A stretch of 64,000 bases of DNA from an uncultured Veillonella sp. (lineage in GTDB: Bacteria; Bacillota; Negativicutes; Veillonellales; Veillonellaceae), in assembly GCA_963518725.1 (NCBI GenBank), contig CAUQLO010000001.1, forward strand, positions 2,131 through 66,130. The letters run 5' to 3'. Positions 29,832 through 39,098 of the stretch are shown in pieces. The position numbers and the translations under genes were made by a program. Within the stretch, counting starts at the first letter, position 1, and each line of letters opens with the position of its first letter. The notes under the pieces were generated by a model. It searched no databases. It was given only the letters and a program-made list of their open reading frames with translations, and was not told the DNA's origin.

Positions 29832-30569
29832 ATGAAAATTCATTTATTTCAACAATGTTTGATTGATATGTTCTACCCTCATGTAGGCATGGCAGGTGTA
29901 AAGGTTCTAGAAAACCTTGGCTGTGAATTAACAGTTCCTAAAAAGCAAGTGTGCTGTGGTCAGATGTTTGTTAACTCTGGTTACAATGAAGCTGCTAAAG
30001 GCGCTATTAAGAACACAATTGAACAATTCGAAAATGCTGACTATGTAGTGAGCATGTCCGGCTCTTGTGCTTTCGCAATTCGCGATGAATATCATCATAT
30101 TTTGAAAGATGAACCAGAATGGTTAGCACGAGCTGAAAGATTGAGCTCTAAAATTTATGAGTTCACACAATTCATCGTAGACGTATTAGGGGTAACTGAT
30201 GTGGGTGCTCGCTTTAACGATAAAGTGACATACCATAAATCTTGCCACGTAACACGTTTGATGGGAATCAAAGAACAACCAATGAAATTGTTAGCAGGTA
30301 TTCAAGGTTTAGAATACTTACCATTGCATCGCGCTGAGCGTTGTTGTGGATTTGGTGGTACTTTCACAGTAAAAAATCCTGAAATTTCCGCTGTTATGAC
30401 AAAAGAAAAAGCATTGAACATTGCTGATTCTGGTGCTAACATTGTAGCAGGTTCTGACATGGCTTGCTTGATGAATATTGAAGGTATGTTAGATCGACTT
30501 TACAAAGAAGGCGAAATTGATCGCCATATCCGTGTAATGCACATAGCGGAATTGTTGAATAGTCGATAG
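29832..30569 (+). CDS. lutA: lactate utilization protein A (CCG domains)
   Basis: QVCCGQ, YHKSCH, RCCGFGGTF. Confidence 0.9.
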   Translation: MKIHLFQQCLIDMFYPHVGMAGVKVLENLGCELTVPKKQVCCGQMFVNSGYNEAAKGAIKNTIEQFENADYVVSMSGSCAFAIRDEYHHILKDEPEWLARAERLSSKIYEFTQFIVDVLGVTDVGARFNDKVTYHKSCHVTRLMGIKEQPMKLLAGIQGLEYLPLHRAERCCGFGGTFTVKNPEISAVMTKEKALNIADSGANIVAGSDMACLMNIEGMLDRLYKEGEIDRHIRVMHIAELLNSR

Positions 30570-30580
30570 GAGGAGTCACC

Positions 30581-32026
30581 ATGAGTAATATTATGTACGA
30601 TAAACGCTCGTTTAAGACACGCGTTAATGATGTGCTTGCTAATGACTTCAAAGTAAAAGCCATTCATACAGCACAGGATGTATTCTATGAAAAACGTAAA
30701 GCTGTTGTAGATCAAGTAGCAGAATGGGAAGACTTCCGTAATGAATCTGCTGATTTGCGTGACCATGTATTGGCTAATTTGGATTACTATTTAAATAAAT
30801 TTGCTGAAAATGCTGAAAAAGCTGGTGCTCATGTGCACTTTGCAGCGGATGATAAAGAAGCAACAGCAATTTGCATGGAAGTACTTCGTGCAAAAGAAGC
30901 AAAAATGGTTGTTAAATCCAAAACTATGGTATCTGAAGAAATCGGATTAAACCACGAATTAATTAAAGCAGGTATCGAAGTAAACGAAACTGACTTGGCA
31001 GAATTCATTTTGCAAACAGCTGACTTTGATCCTCCATCCCATATCGTAGTACCTGCATTGCATTTTGAACGTAATCGTATTCGTGATACATTTGCGAAAA
31101 AATTAGGTTATGAAGGTACTGAAAACCCAGAAGAAATGACTCGTTTCGTACGTCGCTATATCCGCGATCGTTTCTTGCGTGCTGATGTAGGTTTCACTGG
31201 TTGTAACTTTGGGGTAGCTGAAACTGGTACTATCACTATCGTATCTAACGAAGGTAATGGTCGTATGGCGAGCTCCATGCCTAAAACGCAAATTGCATTG
31301 ATGGGTATGGAACGTTTGGTGCCAGACTTTGCATCTTTGGACGTCATGATGGAAATGTTGATTCGTTCCTCTGTAGGTGCTAAAATTTCCAACTACTTCT
31401 CCATGATCACAGGCCCTGCTCGTGAGGGAGAAGCAGATGGTCCAGAAGAATTACACATTATCATCATTGATAACCGCCGTTCTGGTATTTTAGGTGGCGA
31501 TTTTGAAGAAATGTTACGTTGTATCCGTTGTGGTGCATGTATGAATATTTGCCCTGTATATCGTCACATTACAGGTCATGGCTATGGCTCTATCTATCCA
31601 GGTCCAATGGGTGCTGTATTAACTCCACTATTGGTTGGTTATGAAGAAGCTGGCGATCTTCCTTACGCGTCCACATTGTGTGGCGAATGTTGGGAACACT
31701 GCCCAGTTAAGATTCCATTGCATGAATTATTATTGAAACATCGTCAAGTCATTGCTGATAAATTACAAATGCGTCCAGCTATCGAACGCAGTATCTTCCA
31801 CACAGTGGCAGGTGTATTTGCAAACTCCTTCTTGTTCGATATGGGTACTAAAATGGGTGCTATCGGCATGAAATTAATGAGTAATAATGGCCATATGGCA
31901 GATTGGACAAAAGTATTACCAGTAGTTGGTGGCTGGGTGAAAGCAAAAGACATGGGCTTGCTCAAAATGAGTAAATTCCGTGATGAATATGCAAAACACG
32001 TGGCACAAAAGGGAAAGGAAAAATAA
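30581..32026 (+). CDS. lutB: lactate utilization Fe-S protein B
   Basis: KSKTMVSEE, ETDLAE, PSHIVVPA, CIRCGACMNICPVY. Confidence 0.93.
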   Translation: MSNIMYDKRSFKTRVNDVLANDFKVKAIHTAQDVFYEKRKAVVDQVAEWEDFRNESADLRDHVLANLDYYLNKFAENAEKAGAHVHFAADDKEATAICMEVLRAKEAKMVVKSKTMVSEEIGLNHELIKAGIEVNETDLAEFILQTADFDPPSHIVVPALHFERNRIRDTFAKKLGYEGTENPEEMTRFVRRYIRDRFLRADVGFTGCNFGVAETGTITIVSNEGNGRMASSMPKTQIALMGMERLVPDFASLDVMMEMLIRSSVGAKISNYFSMITGPAREGEADGPEELHIIIIDNRRSGILGGDFEEMLRCIRCGACMNICPVYRHITGHGYGSIYPGPMGAVLTPLLVGYEEAGDLPYASTLCGECWEHCPVKIPLHELLLKHRQVIADKLQMRPAIERSIFHTVAGVFANSFLFDMGTKMGAIGMKLMSNNGHMADWTKVLPVVGGWVKAKDMGLLKMSKFRDEYAKHVAQKGKEK

Positions 32027-32027
32027 A

Positions 32028-32738
32028 ATGGATCAAGCAAAAAAACAAGCCTTTTTAGGTCGCCTATCTCGTGCGTTAGGCCGTGACTCAATTCCTACAT
32101 CTGTAACTCCTTTTGATTTTTCAAAAGGACCTCAAGAGACTATGTATTCTGACCTTAGCCATGAGCAAGTAATAGAGATGTTTAAAACAGAAGCAGAACG
32201 CTTAGGTACTAAACTTATCGAAGTAGAAGAGTCTCAACTAGCTCAAGCATTAGTGGATGAAATCGTTGCTCGTGGTGGCGGCAGCGTTGTGTATCCTAAA
32301 TCTGCAGAAGTAGAAAACTATGGATTAGAAGCTGCTTTCAAACAATTAGGAGAAGACCAAGCAACATTCTATCAATGGGACGCTACGAAAGGTCGTGAAG
32401 CGAACATCAATGTGGCGAAGGATTCTAACATTGGTATTACATTCCCAATCTTGGGTATTGCAGAAACAGCGACTGTTATTCAACCAAGTACAGAAGAATC
32501 TGGTCGTTCCCTAGGTTTATTGCCATTGACTCATATCTCTGTGTTACGTACTAAAAATATTCATCCACGCATGACACAAACTATGGCAGAATTAGCAAAG
32601 ATTTATCGTAATGATCCAGCTAAGTTCCCTACCAATGTAGTTCATATTTCTGGTCCATCCAATACTGCAGATATCGAGTTAGTTCGTGTCGTTGGTGTAC
32701 ATGGTCCAATCAATGTAACTTTCATCTTAGTAAAATAA
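32028..32738 (+). CDS. lutC: lactate utilization protein C (LUD domain)
   Basis: IAETAT, ISGPSNTADIE..VGVHGP. Confidence 0.9.
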   Translation: MDQAKKQAFLGRLSRALGRDSIPTSVTPFDFSKGPQETMYSDLSHEQVIEMFKTEAERLGTKLIEVEESQLAQALVDEIVARGGGSVVYPKSAEVENYGLEAAFKQLGEDQATFYQWDATKGREANINVAKDSNIGITFPILGIAETATVIQPSTEESGRSLGLLPLTHISVLRTKNIHPRMTQTMAELAKIYRNDPAKFPTNVVHISGPSNTADIELVRVVGVHGPINVTFILVK

Positions 32739-32764
32739 GAATGATAACTTGATACAATACATTT

Positions 32765-32808
32765 AATATAGGGTAGTTGATAGGTATGTCAGCTATCCTA
32801 TATTTTTG
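32765..32808 (+). terminator. lutABC terminator
   Basis: ATATAGGGTAGTTGATA/TGTCAGCTATCCTATAT followed by T-run. Confidence 0.7.
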
Positions 32809-33053
32809 CTCTAAAGGCTTTTTGGGGGCTTTGTTAAGTATCGGTGCCAGCAAGTAAGCCTGTATGCTAAATGTGGGTTTATCCGTATAGGAAGAGATAT
32901 CATATTTGACAAAGGACCTTTTTTTCGTATACTTAAAGATGATATATTCACAAGTTAAGCTCTATAGCTGTAATAGAATTTAATCGTATGTGAGCTAGCA
33001 GTTATATACTGTAAGTTAGTGATAGTAATATTATCGCATGGAAGGAGTAATAT

Positions 33054-33932
33054 ATGTTATTAGCAGAAGGAAAAGTTGCCACAGCGACGGCGGCAGGCGC
33101 TGAAAAAGTGGCAGAGCATGTAGAACAAAGTATTTCTTTTGTAGAGCACATGCAATCCGTATTGCTGGAATATTTGCCAAGCATTATGTTGGCCATCATC
33201 GTGTTAATAGTAGGGCGTTATATTGCTCTATTCGCCAGACGTGTATCAGTGCAGTTGATGAGTCGTACCGGTTATGATCAAACGGTGCGCAGCTTTGCGT
33301 CTCAAATTATTTACTATACGATTTTGTCCGTAGTGGTGTTGTCAGCCTTGTCCGTAGTAGGGTTCCCGACAAATAACTTCTTGGCTGCTTTTGGTGCCTT
33401 CGGTATTGCCATTGGTTTAGCGTTGCAAAATAATATGTCCAACTTAGCATCGGGCTTAATTATCTTGGCTTTCAAACCCTTTAAAGCAGGAGATTGGATT
33501 TCTGTCAATGGTGTAGAAGGTTCTGTGAAAGCCATCCATCTCATTAACACAGCCATTGCTACCAAAGAAAATCGTATTGTATTTATTCCAAACTCTGCCA
33601 TTACATCCAATAACTTGATGAACAGTAACTATGAGCAAACACGGTATATTACATTTGTGTTTGGTATTAACTATAATGCAGATCATCACCGTGCCATTGA
33701 GATTATCAAAGAAATTCTTGTGAGCACAGGTAAAGTTCATAATATGGATACCTTAGAAATAGGTATCAAAGAATTTGCCGATAGTTCTGTGAATATTGTG
33801 GCCTATCCTTTAATTAACGCCAGCGATTATAGAGAGGTTTATTATGGTGTTATGTCCGATGTGAAAGATCGCTTTGATGCAGAAGGCATCGACATTCCCT
33901 ATCCACAACGTGTGGTACATATGGCCAACTAA
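33054..33932 (+). CDS. mscS: small-conductance mechanosensitive channel
   Basis: GIAIGLALQ..SNLASG..KPFKAGDWI, IPNS, GIDIPYPQR; promoter TTGACA-16-TATACT at 32906-32933. Confidence 0.9.
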   Translation: MLLAEGKVATATAAGAEKVAEHVEQSISFVEHMQSVLLEYLPSIMLAIIVLIVGRYIALFARRVSVQLMSRTGYDQTVRSFASQIIYYTILSVVVLSALSVVGFPTNNFLAAFGAFGIAIGLALQNNMSNLASGLIILAFKPFKAGDWISVNGVEGSVKAIHLINTAIATKENRIVFIPNSAITSNNLMNSNYEQTRYITFVFGINYNADHHRAIEIIKEILVSTGKVHNMDTLEIGIKEFADSSVNIVAYPLINASDYREVYYGVMSDVKDRFDAEGIDIPYPQRVVHMAN

Positions 33933-34088
33933 TCGCATAGGGCAATGCTATACTGTACCTATAAGAGACATTGGTCAAACGAATATCCTGAGGCAATACT
34001 ATTTCGCACGTATAATGTGTGGTGCCTATGGTAAAATAATTTTCTAGGATATAGGTATAGTTGTTTTCAATGAAAGGGAAAAGAACCT

Positions 34089-34640
34089 ATGAATGGAAAT
34101 ATATATGAGTCTATGAAAGCTGCCATTATTGAACTGGTCACAGTAGCCAAACTGGAAAAAGGCAAGTTGCTCGTGGTGGGGTGCTCTACCAGCGAAGTGC
34201 GAGGGGGTCATATTGGTAAGGATTCCTCTCTATCTGTGGCATCGGAGTTGTTTAAAGCGCTCTCAGTAGTACAACATGAGTATAGATTTGACATAGCTAT
34301 CCAATGTTGCGAACATCTCAATCGTGCATTGGTGATGGAACGTCATGCCGCATTGGTGCGAGGTTATGAAGAGGTGAATGTAGTGCCTGTACAACATGCG
34401 GGTGGCTCCATGGCAACCACAGCCTATGCAATGTGGTCGGATCCTGTGGTGGTAGAGCATGTAAAAGCTGATGCCGGTATCGACATTGGAGATACTTTCA
34501 TTGGCATGCATTTAAAACATGTGGCAGTGCCCGTGCGTCTACAGGTGAAAGAAATTGGCGGAGCTCATGTGACAGCGGCTCGTGTGCGTCCTAAATTTGT
34601 AGGCGGTGAACGAGCACAGTATAATGAGGCATTAAAGTAA
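34089..34640 (+). CDS. TIGR01440/YwlG-family protein
   Basis: VGCSTSEV, QCCEHLNRALV, HAGGS, DIGDTFIGMHLKHVAVP, RPKFVGG. Confidence 0.88.
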   Translation: MNGNIYESMKAAIIELVTVAKLEKGKLLVVGCSTSEVRGGHIGKDSSLSVASELFKALSVVQHEYRFDIAIQCCEHLNRALVMERHAALVRGYEEVNVVPVQHAGGSMATTAYAMWSDPVVVEHVKADAGIDIGDTFIGMHLKHVAVPVRLQVKEIGGAHVTAARVRPKFVGGERAQYNEALK

Positions 34641-34656
34641 GAACAGTGAGGTAATT

Positions 34657-35118
34657 GTGGAATTTTATACCTATGCTTATGTGGTGCAACGTGGTGAGTT
34701 TACGACCCTGTTGCAATATATTGTGACATCTATTTTGCTAGTAGCCTTACTAGTAGTGGGTGTAAAAGTTATGTATAATCGCTTTGATACCAAGTTCCGT
34801 GACTTAGGAATTATCATTGTATTAGGGCTTGTGTTTTTGTTGGGCTTGCAGGTCAATGATTACACTCGAGATATGGACAGTGCAGAAGAATCGAACTACA
34901 TGGTACAATTCTTGAATAGCTTAAGTGAACGTGCAGATGTGCCCAAAGATAAGATTCGTGTCAACACATTGCGGGTACAGGATCGCATGATTGTCAATAT
35001 TGAGGAAGCCTATTTTGAGGTGACTTTCACCATGAATAAGGATGGCTATTCCTTGCGACCTGTGGAGATGATCAACAGCAATCCTAAGGTAATAGATGTG
35101 AAGAAGGACGGGCGATAA
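34657..35118 (+). CDS. DUF3290-family membrane protein
   Basis: MEFYTY start, TKFRDL motif, paired with DUF421. Confidence 0.7.
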   Translation: MEFYTYAYVVQRGEFTTLLQYIVTSILLVALLVVGVKVMYNRFDTKFRDLGIIIVLGLVFLLGLQVNDYTRDMDSAEESNYMVQFLNSLSERADVPKDKIRVNTLRVQDRMIVNIEEAYFEVTFTMNKDGYSLRPVEMINSNPKVIDVKKDGR

Positions 35119-35119
35119 T

Positions 35120-35764
35120 ATGTTAACAGGATATACATTAGTATTTATCAAATTAACTCTTGGTATCTTAGCCCTAATTTTACAAATGAACTTGATGGGC
35201 AAGGGCAATTTGGCACCAAACTCAGCGTTGGACCAAGTGCAAAATTACGTCCTAGGGGGTATCATTGGTGCTGTTATCTACAGTGAAAGTATCGGCATCT
35301 TGCAATTCTTTCTAGTCCTCATCGCTTGGACTATCGTGGTGATGGGGCTGCGCTTTCTTAGCGCTCATGTACGATGGATTAAGAGCCTCATTGATGGGCG
35401 TCCAAGTATTGTCATTGATCGGGGACAGATTCGCGTGGGTGAATGTTTAAAGCGAGGCCTTCGCGGTAGTGATTTGCAGTTGAAACTTCGCAGCGCAGGT
35501 GTGACCCTCGTCAGTGATGTGCGCCGTGCGGTGCTTGAACAGAATGGTCAATTGACGCTAGTCATGAATGGTGACGAGTTAATCCGGTACCCTGTGATTG
35601 TAGATGGCGTTGTAGATCCAGATATTCTAGATTTAGTCGATAAAGATATGGCTTGGCTGGAAGAAGAAGTGCGAGACCAGGGATATTCTATCAGAGATAT
35701 TTATGTGGGAGAATACTCCAAGGGGAATCTTATTCTGCATCCTTATGAAGTGCGCAGAGGATAA
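35120..35764 (+). CDS. DUF421/YetF-family membrane protein
   Basis: GKGNLAPNSALDQVQNYVLGGIIG, AVLEQNGQL. Confidence 0.82.
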   Translation: MLTGYTLVFIKLTLGILALILQMNLMGKGNLAPNSALDQVQNYVLGGIIGAVIYSESIGILQFFLVLIAWTIVVMGLRFLSAHVRWIKSLIDGRPSIVIDRGQIRVGECLKRGLRGSDLQLKLRSAGVTLVSDVRRAVLEQNGQLTLVMNGDELIRYPVIVDGVVDPDILDLVDKDMAWLEEEVRDQGYSIRDIYVGEYSKGNLILHPYEVRRG

Positions 35765-35769
35765 TACCA

Positions 35770-35798
35770 TTGTATTTTAGGATAGAATGGTGTATACT
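35770..35798 (+). promoter_or_regulatory. sigma70 promoter of the putative antitoxin RNA
   Basis: TTGTAT-17 bp-TATACT with no + strand ORF before the terminator. Confidence 0.65.
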
Positions 35799-35804
35799 TG
35801 GAGT

Positions 35805-35874
35805 AGAAAGATATAAGAAGTTAGAGCATTCTTTCATAAGCTCAAAAAAAGGACGGTGGCAGCCGTCCTTTTTT
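35805..35874 (+). ncRNA. putative type I antitoxin RNA (par RNA II-like)
   Basis: Carries GAAGTTAGAGC (35817-27) and CATAAGCTCA (35835-44), direct repeats of the toxin start region; ends in the bidirectional terminator. Confidence 0.72.
35844..35874. terminator. bidirectional terminator shared by toxin and antitoxin
   Basis: A7-GGACGG-tggcag-CCGTCC-T6. Confidence 0.85.
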
Positions 35875-35878
35875 CTTT

Positions 35879-35995
35879 CTATTTTCTATTCTTGTAATAC
35901 TTCAGAATTGCATACGTTAAGAAATTAACAATCAATCCTTGCAGAATAGGGGTCAGAAAGTGACCAGATAATAATGAAGTTAGAGCCTCGCACAT
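35879..35995 (-). CDS. Fst/Ldr-family type I toxin, 38 aa (MCEALTSLLSGHFLTPILQGLIVNFLTYAILKYYKNRK)
   Basis: Strong SD GAAAGGAGGTG; single TM helix with TPILxG and basic tail; not in the ORF track (<60 aa). Confidence 0.78.
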   Translation of the reverse strand: MCEALTSLLSGHFLTPILQGLIVNFLTYAILKYYKNRK

Positions 35996-36000
35996 AAACT

Positions 36001-36041
36001 CACCTCCTTTCATTTAAAGAGGGTACTTAAAGTATAGCACA
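36001..36041 (-). promoter_or_regulatory. toxin extended -10 promoter and SD-sequestering 5' hairpin
   Basis: Minus strand TGTGC-TATACT, then ACCCTCTTT-aaat-GAAAGGAGGT. Confidence 0.6.
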
Positions 36042-36069
36042 TTTTGTGATAGAAAGGGGGTATAAAGTC

Positions 36070-36098
36070 TTGAATAGAAAGGGAAAAACATGTATAAT
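36070..36098 (+). promoter_or_regulatory. ffs promoter
   Basis: TTGAAT-17 bp-TATAAT. Confidence 0.7.
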
Positions 36099-36121
36099 AA
36101 TAGGGTAATAGCATTGGAATA

Positions 36122-36234
36122 TGGCAGTTCTATGGGGCTTGTGCAAGGAGAGCCTGTGAACCATGTCAGGCCTTGATTGGAGCAGCATTAAGCGGTAACT
36201 CTCTTGTGCCACGAGGAAACCTATAGGGCTGTCA
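36122..36234 (+). ncRNA. ffs: signal recognition particle RNA (small, 4.5S type)
   Basis: GTGAACCATGTCAGG...AGCAGCATTAAGC helix-8 core in a long terminal stem; conserved position upstream of dnaX. Confidence 0.92.
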
Positions 36235-36251
36235 GATTCGAGTGCTATAGT

Positions 36252-36279
36252 AAAAGCAGCTAGCTTAGCTGCTTTTTTT
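36252..36279 (+). terminator. ffs terminator
   Basis: AAAAGCAGCTA-gct-TAGCTGCTTTTTTT. Confidence 0.8.
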
Positions 36280-36303
36280 CATATCTTAGAGAAAGGGGGA
36301 ACT

Positions 36304-38754
36304 ATGAGTTATTTAGCCTTATATAGACGATGGAGACCAAAGCAATTTACAGATGTTGTGGGACAACACCATGTATCGGATACATTGCAACGAGCCATTC
36401 GAGAAGATAAAGTGGCCCATGCCTATTTATTTGCTGGTCCTAGAGGGACGGGTAAAACGAGTATGGCGAAGATATTTGCACGTGCTATTAACTGTGAACA
36501 AGGACCTACGGATACACCTTGTGGTGTTTGTGAATCATGCCAACAAATGTTGCAAGGACAAGCCTTAGATGTTATCGAAATCGATGCGGCATCCAATCGT
36601 GGTATCGACGAAGTGCGTGCTTTGCGAGAACAGGTGAACTTCTTACCTGTAGTAGGTCATAAAAAAGTGTTCATCATTGATGAAGCTCACATGTTGACGA
36701 ATGAAGCCTGGAATGCGCTGTTGAAAACTATCGAAGAACCGCCCAAACATGTGATGTTTATCTTTGCCACCACGGAATCGGAAAAATTACCGGTTACCAT
36801 CTTATCTCGATGCCAACGCTATACATTCCGCCGTATCACAGCGAAAGATATTACGGCCCATTTATTGCATATTGCCGAGCTCAGCGATATATCGCTAGAC
36901 CCAGCGGCGGCGCAGGTCATTGCAGTCCACGCCGATGGGGGCTTGCGAGATGCGTTGAGTATCTTGGACCAATGTTCAGGCATGACATCGGAGACCATCA
37001 CGGCGCCACTAGTAGAAACCATGATTGGCTTGGTGAGTAAATCTTGGGTATTAGATATGGTGGATATACTGAAAGCTGGTAATGGTGCAGCTTTGTTGCA
37101 AGCTGTGGATGAAGCCTTACAAATGGGGCGGGATGCACGGCAAATTGTAACGGCTTTAGTAGAACATTTGCGAGCTATGATCGTAGCAAAAGTATTGCCC
37201 GATGCAGAAGAATTGTTGGCTTACGACACCCATAAAGAGCGGTTGTTAGAGCAAACTAATGCGGTGGCAATAGAAGAGATTGGGCGATATATCAATGTGC
37301 TACAAGCGGTGCAGAATAACGCCAAACAAGTGGAGAACCCTCGTGTCATAGTAGAAATGGGATTACTTTCACTACTGCAATTAGGGGGCGGGTCCTATCA
37401 AACTTTGGAAGGCCGATTAACGACGGTAGAGCGCTTTGTAAATCGCCAAGAAGATGTATTGCTCCATAAACTTTCAGAGTGGGCAGAACAACGACCAGTG
37501 GCACCCGTAGCGGAAACGATGGCACAACCAGAATACACATCGACGGTAGGCGCCACAGTAGACGTCATCGGCGATGATAGGGGTCCGATTCCAGACATCA
37601 TGGAAGACATGCCTACAAAACAGGCGTTTTCTGCGATACCGACGGCACCGTCGGGGCAAGCGCAAACAGGTACAACAGAGGCATCCAAAGGTATGCGCTT
37701 AGGACCGTCAGCAAAGCAAACATTGCCACCTACGGTGAAGCAAATGTTGCCACCGCCGGGCAAACAAATGACACCACCTTCGGTGAAACAACCGTTGCCA
37801 CCGCCTAAAGCGGGGGCAGGGTTAAGCCTAGGGGCAACTGTGAAAACCAAGGCCCCATCGCAAGAGGTACAAGTGGGACAAAACATCGTGAACCCTCATG
37901 AATATAGCACGATTTTTGCAAACGTGATAAAATGGTTGAGAGGTCATAATTGTGGGTTATTACAGGCTATGTACCAACAAGGCAAGCTCGTCTATTTAGA
38001 CCAAGAGCGGGCTGTATTGGTGTTTTCCACAGCCGTGGCAGTGCCTATTTTGACCCAACCACGTCATATGCAGGATGGTAGCAGAGCCTTTCAACAGGTA
38101 GCGGGTCATGCAGTGACGGTGGAACCGATGGATAAGAATGATCCACGGGTGCAAGCCTATGTGAAAGCGGCCACTGATGGCACAGCACAACCGGCACAGG
38201 CTACGAGCAAGCCTGTCACACCAACGGCACAGGTAACACAAACACCTGTCACACCGCCGGTACAGGCAACACAAACACCTGTCACCCCGGCGGTGAAAGA
38301 ATCTGCTCCGCAGGCGATGGCTAGTGTGGTGTCACCGATGGCGGAGGTTCCTGTAGCGACAATGCCTGTAGAGGAAAAACAACCAGTTGTGGAGCCTGTA
38401 AAAAAAGCTCCGACTACAGAGGAAACAGGCGTTCAAAAACCGCAGTATGTAGAAACTGCGGAGCCCGTAAAACGATCGAAAAAGGGCGCTGGCAGCGCCC
38501 CTACCAATGCGGAAGGCATCGTTGATGATTTTCTCACAGTCTATGAGAATCCAGAAGCGGTATTAAACCCCTATTATGAAGAGGAAACAGCAGGACACGG
38601 AGGGACAGATATACAAAAGTTACCAAAGTGGAACTCTGCAGAGGCTAGTGATGAGGAAAAAGAAGATTCACTCATTTATGATGCATTACAACACATGGAA
38701 GCCCATGGGTATGATATTTATGTAGAAGAAGTAGACGAAACGTCTAAGGATTAA
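36304..38754 (+). CDS. dnaX: DNA polymerase III subunit gamma/tau with long Pro/Thr-rich linkers
   Basis: MSYLALYRRWRP, GPRGTGKT, zinc motif, IDEAHML, SRC. Confidence 0.95.
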   Translation: MSYLALYRRWRPKQFTDVVGQHHVSDTLQRAIREDKVAHAYLFAGPRGTGKTSMAKIFARAINCEQGPTDTPCGVCESCQQMLQGQALDVIEIDAASNRGIDEVRALREQVNFLPVVGHKKVFIIDEAHMLTNEAWNALLKTIEEPPKHVMFIFATTESEKLPVTILSRCQRYTFRRITAKDITAHLLHIAELSDISLDPAAAQVIAVHADGGLRDALSILDQCSGMTSETITAPLVETMIGLVSKSWVLDMVDILKAGNGAALLQAVDEALQMGRDARQIVTALVEHLRAMIVAKVLPDAEELLAYDTHKERLLEQTNAVAIEEIGRYINVLQAVQNNAKQVENPRVIVEMGLLSLLQLGGGSYQTLEGRLTTVERFVNRQEDVLLHKLSEWAEQRPVAPVAETMAQPEYTSTVGATVDVIGDDRGPIPDIMEDMPTKQAFSAIPTAPSGQAQTGTTEASKGMRLGPSAKQTLPPTVKQMLPPPGKQMTPPSVKQPLPPPKAGAGLSLGATVKTKAPSQEVQVGQNIVNPHEYSTIFANVIKWLRGHNCGLLQAMYQQGKLVYLDQERAVLVFSTAVAVPILTQPRHMQDGSRAFQQVAGHAVTVEPMDKNDPRVQAYVKAATDGTAQPAQATSKPVTPTAQVTQTPVTPPVQATQTPVTPAVKESAPQAMASVVSPMAEVPVATMPVEEKQPVVEPVKKAPTTEETGVQKPQYVETAEPVKRSKKGAGSAPTNAEGIVDDFLTVYENPEAVLNPYYEEETAGHGGTDIQKLPKWNSAEASDEEKEDSLIYDALQHMEAHGYDIYVEEVDETSKD
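37714..37809 (+). repeat. 4 x 24-bp imperfect coding repeat in dnaX
   Basis: KQTLPPTV/KQMLPPPG/KQMTPPSV/KQPLPPPK. Confidence 0.75.
38212..38295 (+). repeat. about 2.5 x 33-bp coding repeat in dnaX
   Basis: CCTGTCAC units start at 38212, 38245 and 38278 (PVTP..Q.TQT). Confidence 0.8.
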
Positions 38755-38767
38755 AAGGAGGTTCACT

Positions 38768-39097
38768 ATGTTTGGTGGCGGTAATATGCAAGGTATGTTG
38801 AAAAAAATGCAAAAAATGCAAAAAGATATGGCGAAAGCACAAGAAGAGATTAAAAACTCTGTAGTGGAAGCATCCATCGGTGGCGGTGCCGTATCTGTAA
38901 CAATGAATGGGGAGCAAGAAGTATTGTCCATTAAAATTGCTCCAGCAGCGGTAGATCCTGACGATGTAGAAGCGTTGGAAGATTTAATCGTGGCAGCAGT
39001 TAACGAAGCGAATCGCAAAGCAAAAGAAGTGGCAGAACAAAAATTAGGGGCTGTAACAGGTAACTTGAAAATTCCTGGAATGCCAGGTATGTTCTAA
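38768..39097 (+). CDS. ybaB: YbaB/EbfC nucleoid-associated protein
   Basis: GGGAVSV, DVEALEDLIVAAVNEA; lies between dnaX and recR. Confidence 0.93.
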   Translation: MFGGGNMQGMLKKMQKMQKDMAKAQEEIKNSVVEASIGGGAVSVTMNGEQEVLSIKIAPAAVDPDDVEALEDLIVAAVNEANRKAKEVAEQKLGAVTGNLKIPGMPGMF

Positions 39098-39098
39098 T

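Noticed and set aside
38400..38407. A7G run in dnaX as an E. coli-like -1 frameshift site
   Set aside because: Phase gives A_AAA_AAA rather than A_AAA_AAG, it lies near codon 700 (far beyond the gamma boundary), and no adjacent stimulatory hairpin is evident
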